In this document: in pieces, positions 36,506-46,369 of the stretch
Layout: each line of letters opens with the position of its first letter
Position numbering within the stretch: the stretch's first letter is position 1
NCBI GenBank assembly: GCA_005889345.1
Contig: VBFR01000183.1
Coordinates: 1,315 to 65,314 of the forward strand
Direction: 5' to 3'
DNA length: 64,000 nt
Origin: Chloroflexota bacterium
Lineage (GTDB): Bacteria; Chloroflexota; Dormibacteria; CF-121
Translations under genes and position numbers: made by a program
The notes under the pieces: generated by a model
What the model saw: the letters and a program-made list of their open reading frames with translations, nothing else
What the model was told of the DNA's origin: nothing
Database searches by the model: none

Positions 36506-37273
36506 ATGGATGCCTGGGAGCGAGCGATCGCCTTCATGCGCACCGTCGACGAGCGCTCAGCCGAGTCCGTCGTGCCCTTTCGCTGGGGCCGCGCCCTGAT
36601 CAATCAACGGCTGAATCGGGTTCCCGATCTCAACTTCCTGATCGCAGACCGGGTGGAGGATGCGGGCGCGTCCGCCCTGAACGGAGAGGCGGAACGGATC
36701 CAGGGCGCCGTGGGCCTCCAATATCGACGCGTTAACGTTGATGACCGCGCGGCTGCGGAACGCTTCTCGGCTGGTTTCCGAACACTCGGGTACACGCCCG
36801 AGCGCTTTGTGATCATGGCGCACCGCCGGCGGCCGGACCACGAGGTCGATACGGCTACCGTGAAGGAGGTCGACTGGGAACTGATGCGCCCGGCCCGCGA
36901 GCGCGAGATCGCCAGCCAGCCCTGGGGAGCTGATCCACGCGTCGTGCAGCAGCTGCTCGCCAAGCACCAGTTGACCGCCCAGGGCACTCGTACCCGGTAC
37001 TTTGCGGCGCTGCTCGAGGGCAACGTCATCTCGTCGTGCGAGCTTCGAAGCGAGGGTGACACGGCGCAGGTCGAGACGGTGGAGACGCTGCCGGAATTCC
37101 GGCAGCGCGGCCTCTCGCGGGCGGTGGTTAGCGCCGCGCTGCATGCTGCGGCGGGATATGCCTTCGTCTTCCTGGTGACGGACGCGGAAGACTGGCCCCA
37201 GCACTACTATCGCCGGCTCGGCTTCGAACCCGTCGGCATCGAGTCGAGGTTTCTCCGAATCACCGATAGCTGA
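36506..37273 (+). CDS. GNAT family acetyltransferase
   Basis: VETLPEFRQRGLS, YRRLGF. Confidence 0.85.
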   Translation: MDAWERAIAFMRTVDERSAESVVPFRWGRALINQRLNRVPDLNFLIADRVEDAGASALNGEAERIQGAVGLQYRRVNVDDRAAAERFSAGFRTLGYTPERFVIMAHRRRPDHEVDTATVKEVDWELMRPAREREIASQPWGADPRVVQQLLAKHQLTAQGTRTRYFAALLEGNVISSCELRSEGDTAQVETVETLPEFRQRGLSRAVVSAALHAAAGYAFVFLVTDAEDWPQHYYRRLGFEPVGIESRFLRITDS

Positions 37274-37348
37274 CAGTGGCAAACGGTAGGCTGAACGAGA
37301 TCGCCGATCGTGTTCGGCATGGAAGACCAAGGCCAGGAGGGTCCTGCG

Positions 37349-37684
37349 ATGCGTGTTATCGATGTCGTCAACGAGGCAAAGGCTGCGATGCGGGCGTCCG
37401 AAGTCTTCGGCACCCCCTACGAAAAGAATGGGATCACGATCATCCCTGCGGCGAAGATCGCCGGAGGCGCCGGTGGTGGGGGTGACCAGGCCCAGCCTCA
37501 GGCCGGCGGAGTTGGCTTCGGCGTGTCCTCGCGGCCGGTTGGCGCCTTCGTGATCAAAGGCGACGAGGTGAGCTGGCAGCCGGCCCTCGACCTGAATCGA
37601 ATCATCCTGATGGGACAGGTCGTCGCGATCGTGGCGCTGCTGACCGCGCGCGCGATCGTGAAAGTGGCCGCGAAGCGCCGTTGA
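37349..37684 (+). CDS. YtfJ/GerW family protein
   Basis: VFGTPY..NG.TIIPAA.I.GG.GGG...G.GFG..SRPVG..VI.G..V.W.P. Confidence 0.8.
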   Translation: MRVIDVVNEAKAAMRASEVFGTPYEKNGITIIPAAKIAGGAGGGGDQAQPQAGGVGFGVSSRPVGAFVIKGDEVSWQPALDLNRIILMGQVVAIVALLTARAIVKVAAKRR

Positions 37685-38928
37685 TGGCGACGGCGATCGA
37701 CGTCGACCTGCAGTCCGTTCGCCGTCAGTTCCCCTCACTCGCTCTCACGATCGACGGTGAGCCAGTCGTCTACCTCGACAATCCCGCCGGGACCCAGGTG
37801 CCGCAGCGCGTCATCGACCGCACCGCCGACTACTGGCGGACGATGAATGCCAACCAGGGCAGCGTCTTTCCGACCAGCCGGCGGTCGGATGCCCTGATCG
37901 CGCAAGTTCGTGAGGCGGCCGCGACCTTCCTCAACGCTGCCTCTGCGGACGAGATCGTCTTCGGACCGAACATGACGACGCTGACGTTCGCGTTCAGCCG
38001 CGCGATCGGGCGCGAGCTACGGCCGGGCGACGAGATCGTCGTCACCCGGCTCGACCACGATGGGAACGTCTCGCCCTGGCTGGCACTTCAGGAGCTCGGC
38101 GTAAGCGTGCGCTTCGTCGACATCAAGGTCCCTGAGTGCACGCTCGACATGAGCGATCTGCATCGCCAGCTGACGCCGCGCACGCGGTTGGTGGCGGTGA
38201 CGCACGCGTCGAATGTTGTGGGCAGCATCCCCGATCTTGCGGCGGTTGCGCGCGCGGCCCACGCTGCAGGCGCCTGGGTATGGGTTGATGCGGTTCACTA
38301 CGGGCCGCACGGACCGATCGATGTCCGCGCCATCGACTGCGACTTTCTTGTCTGTTCGAGCTACAAGTTCTTCGGTCCGCACCAGGGGATTCTCTACGGA
38401 CGCCGGGAGCTGCTGCAGCGCCTGCGTCCCTACAAGGTCCGGCCGGCGAGCGACGAGGTGCCGACGCGCTGGGAGACCGGAACACAAAACCACGAGTGTC
38501 TCGCCGGGCTCCTCGGCGCCTTCGAGTACCTGGCGGCGATCGGTGGCGACGACCGGGTGCGGCGGCCGGCGCTGGAAGCGGCGATGGATCGCATCCGCCG
38601 CCACGAGCGGGCCCTGGTGGCCCGCCTGATCGACGGCCTGCAGCAGATTCCTGGGATCGCGATCTACGGCATCACGGCGCCGGCGGAGCTCGATCACCGG
38701 GTGCCAACCGTGTCGCTGACCTGGCTGCCGCATCGACCCGAGGCCCTGGCGGGCTGGCTGGCCAGCCACCAGGTTTTTGCGACCCATGGCGACCACTACG
38801 CGACCGAGCTGATCACGAGACTGAAACTCGTGGACGACGGCGGCACGCTGCGCATCGGCATCGCCCACTACAACACGGCGAGCGAGATCGACCTCGTGCT
38901 GGAACTACTCGCCGGTTTCCGCGGGTAG
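37681..38928 (+). CDS. Cysteine desulfurase-like class V PLP enzyme
   Basis: YLDNPAGTQVP, DHDGN, DAVHY, SSYKFFGPH, ETGT. Confidence 0.88.
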   Translation: MMATAIDVDLQSVRRQFPSLALTIDGEPVVYLDNPAGTQVPQRVIDRTADYWRTMNANQGSVFPTSRRSDALIAQVREAAATFLNAASADEIVFGPNMTTLTFAFSRAIGRELRPGDEIVVTRLDHDGNVSPWLALQELGVSVRFVDIKVPECTLDMSDLHRQLTPRTRLVAVTHASNVVGSIPDLAAVARAAHAAGAWVWVDAVHYGPHGPIDVRAIDCDFLVCSSYKFFGPHQGILYGRRELLQRLRPYKVRPASDEVPTRWETGTQNHECLAGLLGAFEYLAAIGGDDRVRRPALEAAMDRIRRHERALVARLIDGLQQIPGIAIYGITAPAELDHRVPTVSLTWLPHRPEALAGWLASHQVFATHGDHYATELITRLKLVDDGGTLRIGIAHYNTASEIDLVLELLAGFRG

Positions 38929-38939
38929 GCGCAAGGCGA

Positions 38940-39776
38940 TCAGACGCTGATGAGGAGCACGCCGGCGAAGGCGAGGCCGATCCCGGCTTGCTGCACGCGA
39001 GCCATGCGTTCATTGAGCACGATGCGGGCCAGGATCACGGTCGACACCGGGTAGAGCGACGAGAGGATGGATACGACGCTCAGCAGGCCGAGCGTGGTGG
39101 CAAACGCGAAGAAGACGTCGGCGCCAACGTCGAGGACGCCAATGGCAAACAGGGCCGGCAGGTCGGGGAGCGCGACCTTGATCCGCGAGCGGAACGCCAC
39201 GGCGAGCAGCAGCAGCGCCGCCACACTTCCGGTCCGCGTCGCCAGTACGCCCCAGACGGGATCCGGCCGGCTCGCGTAGCGGATCGCGACCAGGAAGAGG
39301 CCGAAGGCGAGCGCCGCGACAAGCGCGAGAGCGACGCCAGGGAGGAGGCGCCGCCCGGACTCGGTGGGGCGGCGATCGACAGCCAGCAGCGCGATTCCGC
39401 CGAGCGCCAGGGCCATGCCGAAGACCTGCAGCGCCGTCGGTCGCTCGCCCAAGACCAGGCCAACCAGGATCGGCACCACGGGCCCCGTCGCGGCGATGGT
39501 CGAGACGACGCTGATAACCCCGATCGCCATCCCTCGATAGACCGCCGACAACCCGACCAGCCCGGCGAGTCCGGCGACGATGCCGGCGACCATCCAGAGG
39601 CCCGGTCGCGGGGCGCCGCCGCGAACGATGACGACGATGGCGATCAGCACGAGCGTCGGCGGCTGGGAGACGAACAGAACGGCGAACACGCCCAGGCGAC
39701 GGGTGTTGATGCCACCGATGAAGTCGCCGATGCCCCAGCTGACGCTGGCGGCAAGGGCGAGTAGAACGGCCGTCAG
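38940..39776 (-). CDS. DMT/EamA family transporter; CTG start overlapping upstream TGA
   Basis: About 10 TMs; WGIGDFIGG, LGERP, SLYPV, LNER. Confidence 0.85.
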   Translation of the reverse strand: MTAVLLALAASVSWGIGDFIGGINTRRLGVFAVLFVSQPPTLVLIAIVVIVRGGAPRPGLWMVAGIVAGLAGLVGLSAVYRGMAIGVISVVSTIAATGPVVPILVGLVLGERPTALQVFGMALALGGIALLAVDRRPTESGRRLLPGVALALVAALAFGLFLVAIRYASRPDPVWGVLATRTGSVAALLLLAVAFRSRIKVALPDLPALFAIGVLDVGADVFFAFATTLGLLSVVSILSSLYPVSTVILARIVLNERMARVQQAGIGLAFAGVLLISV

Positions 39777-40870
39777 CGCGCCACCCGACGAACGGTCGTG
39801 CCCGTCAGCAGGTCGCCCAGGCGCCGGCGCTGCCGGCTGCGGAGGACCAGAACGGCGTCCACCGGCCAGAGGGGAATTAGGACCGCCAGCAGGTTGCGCA
39901 GGGTCGCGCGCCACCAGCCGGGTACGCCAGCAGGCCCGTAGACCGAGATCCCCATCAATGTTTTTCCGATCGTCTGCCCGGTGCGCGCCTCAATGGGAAC
40001 GCGATACGCCAGTGCGATAACCGCCAGCAGCAGGATGCCCTCGGGATCGAGCACGATCTCGACGGTGTCCAGCCCGGATACCGCGGTCAGAATCAGGATC
40101 GCGCCGGTGAATGCGATCGCGAGGTCGATCAGGCCGGCCCACACCCGGCGGACGAGGGGAAACTGGCGCCACCGGCCATCGTCGGGATGCCGGAAGATCG
40201 CCGCGTCGATCGTATCCGCCATCTGGCGGCGCACGCCCAGCACGATCGGGTCCAGGGCTGCAAGGGCGCCTCGGCGTGCCAGCCAGCGCACCGAGAGGAT
40301 GACCGCGAGGGCCGCCAGCACCGTCACGGCGATGACGAAGAATCGATGCTCGGCCCGGTGGAACATGCGGACCGCCGGCTGGCCCGCCAGGGCGCCGAGT
40401 CCGACAAAGATCGCGATGTACACCACGACCGACGGGGTGAGACCCGCGGCAAACGTCAGGCGCGACATCTTGCTGACGCCGGCAACCTGGGTGGTGGTGA
40501 TGCGAAGGCCCGGTATCAGCCGGCCGATGAAGACCGCCGGTGCCCCGCGGCGTCGGAGCAGGTCGGTCGTGCGGTCCAGCGCCGGCCGGAAGCCGAGCGC
40601 GTCCGCGGCCTTCAGCAGCGCGGGGCGCCCCACGGCGGCGAAGACTTCCCGGCCAACCATCGCACCGAGGATGGTGGCGAGCAGCAGCGCGCCCACCATG
40701 GGCACCGGGTCGACGGTGTCGCTGGCGATGGCGATCCCCGCGATGATCAGGAGCAGATCGCCCGGCGCAAAGGGGATGGGGATTCCGCTCTCCTCGACGA
40801 AGACGAGCCCGGCGATCACGAACATGAGCAGGTCGCCGCTCAGGCTGCCGATAGAGGTGATGGGATTCAT
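39773..40870 (-). CDS. DedA (VTT) domain fused to RDD domain
   Basis: EESGIPIPFAPGD, FIGRLIPGLR; RRVWAGLID, GQTIGK.LMG, RLGD.L.GT.V. Confidence 0.85.
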   Translation of the reverse strand: MNPITSIGSLSGDLLMFVIAGLVFVEESGIPIPFAPGDLLLIIAGIAIASDTVDPVPMVGALLLATILGAMVGREVFAAVGRPALLKAADALGFRPALDRTTDLLRRRGAPAVFIGRLIPGLRITTTQVAGVSKMSRLTFAAGLTPSVVVYIAIFVGLGALAGQPAVRMFHRAEHRFFVIAVTVLAALAVILSVRWLARRGALAALDPIVLGVRRQMADTIDAAIFRHPDDGRWRQFPLVRRVWAGLIDLAIAFTGAILILTAVSGLDTVEIVLDPEGILLLAVIALAYRVPIEARTGQTIGKTLMGISVYGPAGVPGWWRATLRNLLAVLIPLWPVDAVLVLRSRQRRRLGDLLTGTTVRRVAR

Positions 40871-40906
40871 GACGCCAGTTCCTCTAACTCTGACGGAGTC
40901 AGGTGC

Positions 40907-42493
40907 CTAGCCGATCAGCTCGCGGATCAAGGGGATCGGCATGGCCCCGCAACCGAGAAAGGCATCGTGGAACGCCTTCAGCGTAAACCCGGGGCGGCGC
41001 TGCAGGTCCTTGCGCAGTTCGAGGATCAGCAGTTTGCCCAGCGTGTAGTTCAGGTACATCGGATCCCAGGCGCCGCGCGTCGCCTCGCGGGTGGCGGGCA
41101 GCTCCGTCATGTATCCGACGGACTTGAACAGGTCAATGGCGTCCGCCATCGCCATCCCCTGGCAGTGCAGGCCGAGGGCGACGAGGAATCGGCAGTCGCG
41201 CAGCAGTGCCTCGAGGCGCTGAGCCAGCAACTGCATCGGGTCGGCAGAATAGCCGATCTCCAGCATCATCTCTTCAACGTAGTGGGCAAAGCCTTCGCCT
41301 GTGCTGTACGTCCAGAACAGTTGACGCGTCGGCGATGTGGCCTGCCGCTCGAACAGACCCTGGACGTAATGGCCTGGATACGCCTCGTGGATCGAGGTGC
41401 CTTCCATCGTGGCGTAATTCATGTAGCGCAACCATTCCTCGCTTTTGGCCGCATCCCAGTCGGCGCGGGGGACCGTCACCCAGTAGTAGCTGTCGGTGGC
41501 GACGGTTTCGAGCGGTCCGGCGCTGTCCATGGCGGCGCTGATATAGGCGGCATAGGACGGCGTGGGTTGGACCAGGCAGCGGCCATCACTAGGAAGCGAC
41601 ACGACGTCGCGCTCCACGAGAAAAGCGCGAAGGCGGCCCAGCATCGCGGTCACGTCGGCGATGATCGAGGTCGCGCTCGGGTGGTGATCCTCCAGGCGCG
41701 TCACCGCGCCCTGGACGCCGGCCCCGGGTGCGATCTGCTCGGCTGCCGCTTCGGCGGCGGCACGATTGCGGTCGATGTCGGCGCGCACCATGCGTTCGAG
41801 CGCAGGGACGTCGAGCTGCACGAATTCGCGCAAGTCCAGCAGGCGGAGGAAGTGGTCCGTGCCGAGGGCATAGGCGTCGTCGGCCGTCGCGACCCTCGCC
41901 TGCAGTCCAACGCCAAAATCTCGCAGTTGGGTGCTGGCCACCTCGATGGCCTTGAGCGTTTCTGCGTGGCCGGCGGCGGCGGCACGGACTTCACCGTCGA
42001 GGTACGCGACCTGGCCGTCGACCGCCTCGATCGCGATCTCGAGGTTGGGGCGCGGCAGCACCGCCTCCAGGTTGTCGCGGGCCGCCTCGAGGAAGCCGCC
42101 GTACCCGAGCAGATGGCGGCGAAGCGCCGCGAAGCGGTCCTCCAGCGGGGCGTACGGCCGCTTCACGTAAAAGCTGACGTCCAGCTCACTGGGTCCGGCG
42201 TAGAACATCGGCTCACGAAATGGCAGCCGTAACTCCGTGAGCTCGAAACGGGCGGCCTCGAGCTGGGCGACGAGCGCGCGGCGGTCGATCGCCTGGCCAG
42301 GATCGAGTCCCATCACCGCGCCGATCGTGGAGAGGTCGCGGTCGATTTCCGCCACGCGAGCGCGTATCGCGGTCCTGGAAAGATCGCCGACCACGCCGTC
42401 GAACCGGTGATCTCCGACGTAGCGGGCGTGGGTCGGCGAAAAGCGCAAGAAGCCATCGATCACCTTCCGCTCGACGGCCGGCCATTCCCCCAC
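40907..42493 (-). CDS. DUF885 family metallopeptidase-like protein
   Basis: HEAYPGHYVQ, EGFAHYVE, YTLGKL.I.ELR, FHD.FL..G. Confidence 0.88.
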   Translation of the reverse strand: MGEWPAVERKVIDGFLRFSPTHARYVGDHRFDGVVGDLSRTAIRARVAEIDRDLSTIGAVMGLDPGQAIDRRALVAQLEAARFELTELRLPFREPMFYAGPSELDVSFYVKRPYAPLEDRFAALRRHLLGYGGFLEAARDNLEAVLPRPNLEIAIEAVDGQVAYLDGEVRAAAAGHAETLKAIEVASTQLRDFGVGLQARVATADDAYALGTDHFLRLLDLREFVQLDVPALERMVRADIDRNRAAAEAAAEQIAPGAGVQGAVTRLEDHHPSATSIIADVTAMLGRLRAFLVERDVVSLPSDGRCLVQPTPSYAAYISAAMDSAGPLETVATDSYYWVTVPRADWDAAKSEEWLRYMNYATMEGTSIHEAYPGHYVQGLFERQATSPTRQLFWTYSTGEGFAHYVEEMMLEIGYSADPMQLLAQRLEALLRDCRFLVALGLHCQGMAMADAIDLFKSVGYMTELPATREATRGAWDPMYLNYTLGKLLILELRKDLQRRPGFTLKAFHDAFLGCGAMPIPLIRELIG

Positions 42494-42570
42494 GGCTTTG
42501 AGGCTAGCAGGAGCCCGGGAACCGTCATGGGGGCCGTAAGGGAGCGCTGTTACGTTGACGTCACCGAATC

Positions 42571-44085
42571 ATGCGCCAGCCATCATCGCCCCGTCACCTG
42601 CTGTCAAGCGTTCGCCCCGCGATGGCGGCCCTGCTAGCAGCGGGCGGCCTGGCGCTGACGATCGTGCCTGCTGTGCCCGCCTGGGCGGCCTCCAACCAGG
42701 CCCATCTCGATCGTCAGGTGCTCAAGGCGATGCAGGCGGGACGGTCCATCCGCGTCATCGTGGTTGCCCGCGGCGATCTGAACATCCTGCAGTCCGATCT
42801 GCGGCGCACCGGTCTGGAACATACCGTGCGTGTCCCGATTGCCCACGGCATCGCCGTCGAGCTGACGCCCGCGCTGATCGACCACTTCCGCGTGGACGCG
42901 AACGTCGCACGTCTGATCTATGACGCACCCGTCACGCTCAGCGATACCCCCTTCAACCCAACGGCGCTGGCGACCGCCTATCCGGCGGTTGCGGACGCGG
43001 TGACGATCTGGAGCAATCCGGTGGCGCCGCTCACCGGGCAGGGGATCGGGGTCGCTGTCATCGACAGTGGCATCGCCTCACACCCCGACCTGGGGGATCG
43101 CATCATCGCGAGCCAGGACTTCAATCCGAACGTCACCGGCACGGATGACGCGTACGGCCACGGCACCGCAGTTTCCGGGATCATCGCCGGGGATGGCACG
43201 GCGAGCCTGGGACAGTACATCGGCGTGGCACCGCAGGCGAACCTCATCAACCTCCGGGTCAACGACGGCACCGGCGGCGCGCCGACCTCCGCCATCATGA
43301 ACGCCATTCTCTGGGCGGTCGTCAACAGGAAGACCTACAACATCCGCGTGCTTAACCTCTCGCTGCAGGCGTCGGTGCAGGAGAGCTACCGCACCAGCGC
43401 GATCGATGCCGCCGTCGAATATGCGTGGCTGAAAGGCCTCGTCGTGGTCGTGGCCGCGGGTAACAGCGGGCCCGACAGCGCGCTCTATGCGCCGGCGAAT
43501 GATCCATATGTGATCACGGTTGGGGCGACCGACGACCAGGGCACCCCCTCGACGGCCGACGATGCGCTGGCGAGTTTTTCGAGCTATGGACTCACCCAGG
43601 ACGGCTTCACCAAGCCGGACGTCGTCGCGCCCGGCCGGCGGATCATCACCACGCTGGCACCGAACAGCAGTTTCGCGCTGAACTACCCGAGCTTCATGGT
43701 TGGCACGCAGTACATCCAGCTGAGCGGCACCTCGGTGGCGGCCCCGGTGGTCAGCGGAGCGGCGGCGCTCTATATCGAGAGCAATCCGACCGTGCGTCCA
43801 GGCCAGCTCAAGGGCGTGCTCCTCGCGACCAGCAACCACCTCGCGCTCACCGGTACCGGCGCGGGGTATCCGGACGTCGCGCATGCCATCGCCTATCCCG
43901 GCCTGCTCGGCAATGCCGACCACGGCCTCGACCCTAACAACTACCTCAAAGTCCTCTACATGGCGGCCAAAAACCTGACGACCATGCCGCTGGTCTCCTG
44001 GGATACCGTCTCCTGGGACACCGTTTCCTGGGACAGCGTCTCCTGGGATAGCGTCTCCTGGGACGCCGTGAGTTGGGGTAGCTAG
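42571..44085 (+). CDS. Secreted subtilisin-like S8 peptidase with C-terminal VSWD repeats
   Basis: IDSG, HGTAV, AAGN, SGTSVAAP. Confidence 0.92.
   Translation: MRQPSSPRHLLSSVRPAMAALLAAGGLALTIVPAVPAWAASNQAHLDRQVLKAMQAGRSIRVIVVARGDLNILQSDLRRTGLEHTVRVPIAHGIAVELTPALIDHFRVDANVARLIYDAPVTLSDTPFNPTALATAYPAVADAVTIWSNPVAPLTGQGIGVAVIDSGIASHPDLGDRIIASQDFNPNVTGTDDAYGHGTAVSGIIAGDGTASLGQYIGVAPQANLINLRVNDGTGGAPTSAIMNAILWAVVNRKTYNIRVLNLSLQASVQESYRTSAIDAAVEYAWLKGLVVVVAAGNSGPDSALYAPANDPYVITVGATDDQGTPSTADDALASFSSYGLTQDGFTKPDVVAPGRRIITTLAPNSSFALNYPSFMVGTQYIQLSGTSVAAPVVSGAAALYIESNPTVRPGQLKGVLLATSNHLALTGTGAGYPDVAHAIAYPGLLGNADHGLDPNNYLKVLYMAAKNLTTMPLVSWDTVSWDTVSWDSVSWDSVSWDAVSWGS
43993..44082 (+). repeat. Coding tandem repeat, 6 x 15 nt (VSWD[T/S/A] x5, then VSWGS)
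   Basis: GT(C/T)TCCTGGGAYNNC units at the end of the S8 gene. Confidence 0.9.
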
Positions 44086-44087
44086 CG

Positions 44088-44798
44088 ATGAAAGGGGGAC
44101 GACTCTCAGGCCCGGCGCTCGCCTACATCGCTGGAGCCAGCATCGTCGCCATCGCGGTCGCGGTGATCCGTTGGCACAGCGAAATCGACGGCAACGTCGT
44201 GCTGTTCGGCGTGATCGCCGGCCTGGGCATGCTGGCGCATGCGTATCCGGTTCAGGGGTTCCGTCACCAGGCGTACCAGGTCACGTTGCCTTTCATCGTC
44301 ATCGCGGCCGCCACCTTCAGCACCCCGGAGTTGGTGGCGTTTATCGTCTTGATCCACCTGGCCGAGCAGGTCCGGCTTCGCCGGCGGCTCTACATCCAGT
44401 GGTTCAATGTCTGCGATTATTACCTCAGCGCAGCGGCCGCGGCCGCTGTCTACCAGAGGGCAGCGCAGCTGCTCCCGGATGATGCTTTCGGTTACCTCGC
44501 CGCCGCCCTTTCGGCGGGCTGTGCCTTCGTCCTCCTCAACCGTGTGCTGTTGGCCGGCGCGCTCTGGTTCGCCCGCGGCCTTTCGCCGCGTGCCTCCGGG
44601 CTCTTCCAGTCCGAGTTGCTGGCTGCTGACCTGATCATCACGTGGATCGCGGGCCCAATGTTGCTGCTCACGCTGCAGACTGGACCCTGGACGGTGCTCG
44701 TCACTGCTGGCCCGCTATTGCTGGCACGCCCCGCGCTATCAACCCTGCTGGCACGGCGCCAGACTCCGGAGCGCCCGGAGGCGGCGCGGGCTGCTTGA
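44088..44798 (+). CDS. Stand-alone membrane domain, paralogue of the N-terminus of the downstream GGDEF protein
   Basis: HQAY..T..F..AAA and YIQWFNV match HQSY..T..F..AAA and YIQAFNV. Confidence 0.75.
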   Translation: MKGGRLSGPALAYIAGASIVAIAVAVIRWHSEIDGNVVLFGVIAGLGMLAHAYPVQGFRHQAYQVTLPFIVIAAATFSTPELVAFIVLIHLAEQVRLRRRLYIQWFNVCDYYLSAAAAAAVYQRAAQLLPDDAFGYLAAALSAGCAFVLLNRVLLAGALWFARGLSPRASGLFQSELLAADLIITWIAGPMLLLTLQTGPWTVLVTAGPLLLARPALSTLLARRQTPERPEAARAA

Positions 44799-44805
44799 GC
44801 GGTCG

Positions 44806-46023
44806 ATGAGCGATCTGCCGCGCGTAGCTCGGTTGTATGTGGTCGGCGTGCTGCTGGCTGCGCTGATCGCCGGCATGGCGGGAGTCCTGCTGGCGCCACC
44901 ACGGCTCGGGCTGGCGCCCATCGCGCTGCTGCTCCTGTTATGTGCCACGATCGCCCAGCAGTTCAAGGTCAAGAGCCCCAAGCACCAGTCGTATTACACG
45001 ACAACCATCTTTTTCTTTGCGGCGGCGGCCCTTTTGCACCCCGGCTACGTGGTCGTCATCGTCCTCGCGGCTCATGCGGTGGAGTGGCTGCGGGTCCGCA
45101 CCCGCTGGTACATCCAGGCCTTCAATGTGGCGAACTTCCTCCTCTGCTCGATGGCGGCCGGCGCCATCTTCGGCCTCGGCCAGTCGGGTCATGGCAGCGG
45201 CCGTGCTGTCTTGTTCGTCGCGCTGGCCGGCGTGGCCTTTGTCGGGCTCAACCACCTGCTTACCGCCCTTGTTATCACGTGGGCGCGCGGTGTTCCAATC
45301 TCTCGAGCGGGCACCCTGGATTGGGAGAACGTCGGCACCGACCTGGCATTGATGTCGGTTGGCGCCCTCGGTTCGCTGCTGTGGCTGACGAATCCGTGGC
45401 TGGTGCCGCTCTGCCTCGGCCCCCTCTTCTTGATCTACCGCTCGCTGCTGGTTCCCAGCCTCAGAGAAGAGGCGCGCACGGATCCGAAGACCGAGCTGGC
45501 CAACATGAAGCACTGGAACCAGCTGGCACAGGCCGAGGTCGAGCGCGCCCGCCGCTTCGGTCGACCCCTCAGCGTCGTCCTGGCCGACGTCGACCTACTC
45601 CGCGACATCAACAATCGGCATGGGCACCTGGTGGGGGACCAGATGATCCGACGAGTGGCAGACGCCATCCGGGCGGCACTACGCGAGTACGATGTGCCCG
45701 CCCGTTTCGGCGGCGACGAGTTCGCCATCCTGATGCCGGAGACCACCCTTGCTGAAGCCATGGCGGTGGCTGAGCGGATCCGGCGGGGAGTCGAGTCGAT
45801 CGCGCTCAAGATCGCGGATGGCTCGAGCCCGGCGGCCACTGTCAGCGTCGGAGTCGCGCTGTTCCCCGGCCACGGTCGAACCGCATCGGACCTGCTCGCG
45901 GCAGCCGACCGCGCCGTCTACCAAGCGAAGGCATTGGGTCGCAACCGTGTCTGCGCATTTGCCGACCCCCATGCCGAGCGCCTGGTGCGGATTCCGGTGG
46001 CAGCGCGGCGCGAAGCCAGCTAG
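44806..46023 (+). CDS. Membrane-bound diguanylate cyclase
   Basis: TDPKTEL.N, DVD, INN.HGH..GD, RxxD I-site (REYD), RFGGDEF. Confidence 0.92.
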   Translation: MSDLPRVARLYVVGVLLAALIAGMAGVLLAPPRLGLAPIALLLLLCATIAQQFKVKSPKHQSYYTTTIFFFAAAALLHPGYVVVIVLAAHAVEWLRVRTRWYIQAFNVANFLLCSMAAGAIFGLGQSGHGSGRAVLFVALAGVAFVGLNHLLTALVITWARGVPISRAGTLDWENVGTDLALMSVGALGSLLWLTNPWLVPLCLGPLFLIYRSLLVPSLREEARTDPKTELANMKHWNQLAQAEVERARRFGRPLSVVLADVDLLRDINNRHGHLVGDQMIRRVADAIRAALREYDVPARFGGDEFAILMPETTLAEAMAVAERIRRGVESIALKIADGSSPAATVSVGVALFPGHGRTASDLLAAADRAVYQAKALGRNRVCAFADPHAERLVRIPVAARREAS

Positions 46024-46319
46024 CTGGACTTCTTGGGCCGCCGACTGCTCCTGCGGTCCGCGTGCGCGCGCATGAAGGTATAGGTCTTCTCGGCCGCGTA
46101 ACCCTTATGGACGGCGTCCTGGATGCGCGGCCAGAATTCTTCCTTCACCCAGTTACGCGCCACCAGCACCTCGACGCCCGCGAGGCGAAGGTCGCCTTTC
46201 TCCAAATCGGACGTCGTATCGCCCCGTTGCAGGGAGCGCACAGCGTCGAGGCTCAGGTTGGGAAGGAGCCATCCGTGCGGGATGAGGACCTCGGCCTGCC
46301 CGCGCGGCTCGTCTGGCAC
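46020..46319 (-). CDS. Hypothetical protein
   Basis: Leaderless TACAGT-N6-GTG; fills the gap between genes. Confidence 0.55.
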   Translation of the reverse strand: MPDEPRGQAEVLIPHGWLLPNLSLDAVRSLQRGDTTSDLEKGDLRLAGVEVLVARNWVKEEFWPRIQDAVHKGYAAEKTYTFMRAHADRRSSRRPKKSS

Positions 46320-46369
46320 GGTGCAACTGTACAACGGCGGCCGCCCGCCACGTAACGTATGCTGCTGAC

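Noticed and set aside
40187..42232. Long + strand ORF of 681 aa (similar cases at 22350-23969, 31596-32963 and 49765-51147)
   Set aside because: Antisense shadows of well-supported genes in high-GC DNA, with no recognisable motifs
43993..44082. CRISPR array or non-coding tandem repeat
   Set aside because: 15-nt units with no spacers, in frame and varying synonymously; no cas genes in the window
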